A stretch of DNA of 64,000 nucleotides from positions 16,155,245 to 16,219,244 of the forward strand of contig CM119264.1 in NCBI GenBank assembly GCA_051294375.1, written 5' to 3'. Position 1 is the stretch's first letter. Each line of letters begins with the position of its first letter. Positions 61,980 to 64,000 of this stretch are shown piece by piece. This DNA is from Paraspadella gotoi. Its lineage: Eukaryota > Animalia > Chaetognatha. Position numbers and translations under genes: made by a program. Under the pieces are notes generated by a model. It had not been told where the DNA came from. It worked only from the letters and a program-made list of their open reading frames with translations, and searched no databases.

Positions 61980-64000
61980 ATTTAAAAATCTTGGAGCCGC
62001 TGCCTGGCCGAGATCAGGCGGACTGCAACAAACAGCGCGTATGATCGTGGAGGCCGAGCTGACTTAGAGGCACGTAAATGGAAGCAATTCTGTGCTGGCC
62101 ATGGTAGGTGGCGGGCGAGATTGACAGAAAAGGCCGAGATGGCGGAAAATATCCGAGAGGGTGGTAATCTGCCGATGATTGTCCGGAGCGTCCTGGAAGC
62201 GTTGGAGGCGTTGGCATCAACTCCAAGGTTTCCGACGGACGAAGCGTATAGATGCAATAGCCACGCCGATGAACGTGAGAGTCGTGCTGCAGAGACGGGA
62301 CCTGATAGCCGCGCTGCATTAAGGACAGTCTGAAGCACCGTCAATGGCGGGCGACATTTACTTCGCCGTCAAATCTTGTCTGTGTTGCGGCCGTCCCGAC
62401 TGATTCGTTTTCTGTTGTGACTTAGGCCTTGACCATTGAGTTTGTCTTCCGTCGCACAAGCGCGTCGCTGCACTTAATAGCGAACTGGTGAGAGTGGAAG
62501 GCGTTTTTGTAGTGACCAATTGGAAATTAGTTCGGTAGAGGCGGAACTATTGAAAGAGCGTTAGTGGAGGTTGAACGCTCTCTTGTTTCGTACGGTCCGC
62601 CACCAGGAGGGGGGGGGGGCCCCCCCCTTTTTCCACAAAGGGGAACCCCTGATAAAAAATTTGGAAAAATGCCGCTTGTGGGGGGTTGGGCCCAAAGGTT
62701 AAAACCGGAAAGAGGCGCCCGAATTTCTTATTGATTTTGCAAGATGACGTCATAAAAGTTATTCATTTCTTCCTCGAATTGATATGTAAAAACGTAAGTT
62801 TATAGTCCCATCCAGCGTCTCTATGAATTTATAATATATATATATTATATATTATTTTTAAGAGCATTCGGATTCGCCTCGGAAAAAACTGAGAAAACTT
62901 TGTAAAATTATGTTACATGATATTTTAGGTTAAAGCTTCAAAAACATTACCAAAACGTTTTATCAAAAAAGCCAGCAGAGCTTGCCGCCTGAAAGGAGAC
63001 CGGGTTTTGCAACGAGCGTACGCCAACCAATTGGATGATATCATGGCATTGCTGCGGCTCGACCCTGGAAACTGGCGTACTCAGGGTTCGGATTGATCGT
63101 AACTATGCCAGCCTGGTGCTTAGGGAGGCAAGTCACTTCAAAGTCCTCTGGCAAGACTTTTATATGAGGACATGAGTGGAAGCTTTGGCTCTTATTCCGA
63201 TCTCCTGCATGGGGCAAGTGCAGTCCTCTCTGGTATCCGGAAAGCAGACGATACTATTCTGGCCGGAAAGGGGATGCTGCTGATACCCTTTTGACCCATT
63301 GGAACAGCATACGAAGCGATATCAAGTGAACTTGCGAAATAGGAGGAGAAATGTAAAAATTGCCAAATGCCCTCGATGCTATAAAGGCAAAGAGGGTGGC
63401 TCATTAGAATTTTCTGTTCTATCGCAAACCAACACATACGATCATACATTCCTTTCGATTTGTATGCTCCCTGCCTGTCGCACAATGCTTCGCCATGGTC
63501 AGATTCCCTTACCAGAAGAGCTCAGCTGATTTCCGTCAGACCCCCCGACTCCAGGCCCCGCCGAGCTTCGAGCATTCCAAAAGAGCCTTGGCGCCAACTG
63601 TTACCCTCTGTGGCTGTACGAGAAGGCAAGTTCCGGCTTGAACCTGGCTGAGGGGCATGGCCACCTAGGTGGCTGCCCCATAGTAACTTCTAAAGCAAAG
63701 TTCAACCTCCGCCCCCAGGAGGCACGAAACGAGACCTTGCTGCTAGACCGACCGCTGCCCACCACAGCGCAAGTGGAGATAAGCAGAAGCGTCTCAGGAG
63801 AACGTGGGTCATGTCTCCTCCCCTACCACCAGCGATTCACTGAAGAGCACTGGTGGCGGGTTGCTTGCAAATGCAGGGGATCCCAGTGCAGTGATGACCG
63901 CCCGCTGGCTCCCTACTGAAGCAATTGTTAAACCGAAAGACAAATCCCAACCGAAACACAGGAGCCGTCTACTGGTCGTCCTGTGCAGGAAGGGCAACCC
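61980..64000 (-). mobile_element. Decayed Ty3/Gypsy LTR-retrotransposon pol fragments (RT, RNase H)
   Basis: Fragments RMC...HPL..I, YFASSLDIASYAVPM (RT-like) and VDANASN...GQ...HPLGYF...TY...IASIY (RNase H-like) in the pol order. Heavily frameshifted, with no LTR found. Confidence 0.5.

Noticed and set aside
59200-64000. Apparent pseudogenisation of the ARIP4 5' exons and novel short ORFs
   Set aside because: Known repeats in this stretch are also riddled with indels, pointing to low sequence quality rather than biology.

Overview
AT-rich, intron-rich eukaryotic (invertebrate animal-like) genomic DNA, not prokaryotic. Three nuclear/chromatin genes lie head-to-tail on the minus strand. (1) A RAD54L2/ARIP4 SNF2-family helicase, at least 21 exons over ~24.2-60.7 kb, with its 5' end unresolved. 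(2) An unusually large SUN-domain inner-nuclear-membrane protein, 19 coding exons that join in frame to ~1,888 aa. (3) The 5' end of an HMGB/DSP1-type HMG-box gene running off the left edge. The introns are packed with mobile DNA: two DIRS-type tyrosine-recombinase retrotransposons, Helentron/DINE-1-like non-autonomous elements with expanded central tandem repeats, Chapaev-like and hAT-like MITEs, tRNA-Gly-derived SINEs, a Penelope GIY-YIG remnant, degenerate minimal hammerhead-ribozyme repeats, a decayed Ty3/Gypsy pol and several satellites. The most striking observation is a complete-ended 2.5-kb gag-only DIRS element. Its internal complementary region (ICR, the circle-junction template) is not beside the 3' ITR but inside a predicted spliceosomal intron of gag. 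All exon and repeat calls were made by eye. Sequence beyond ~54 kb shows N gaps and indel noise.
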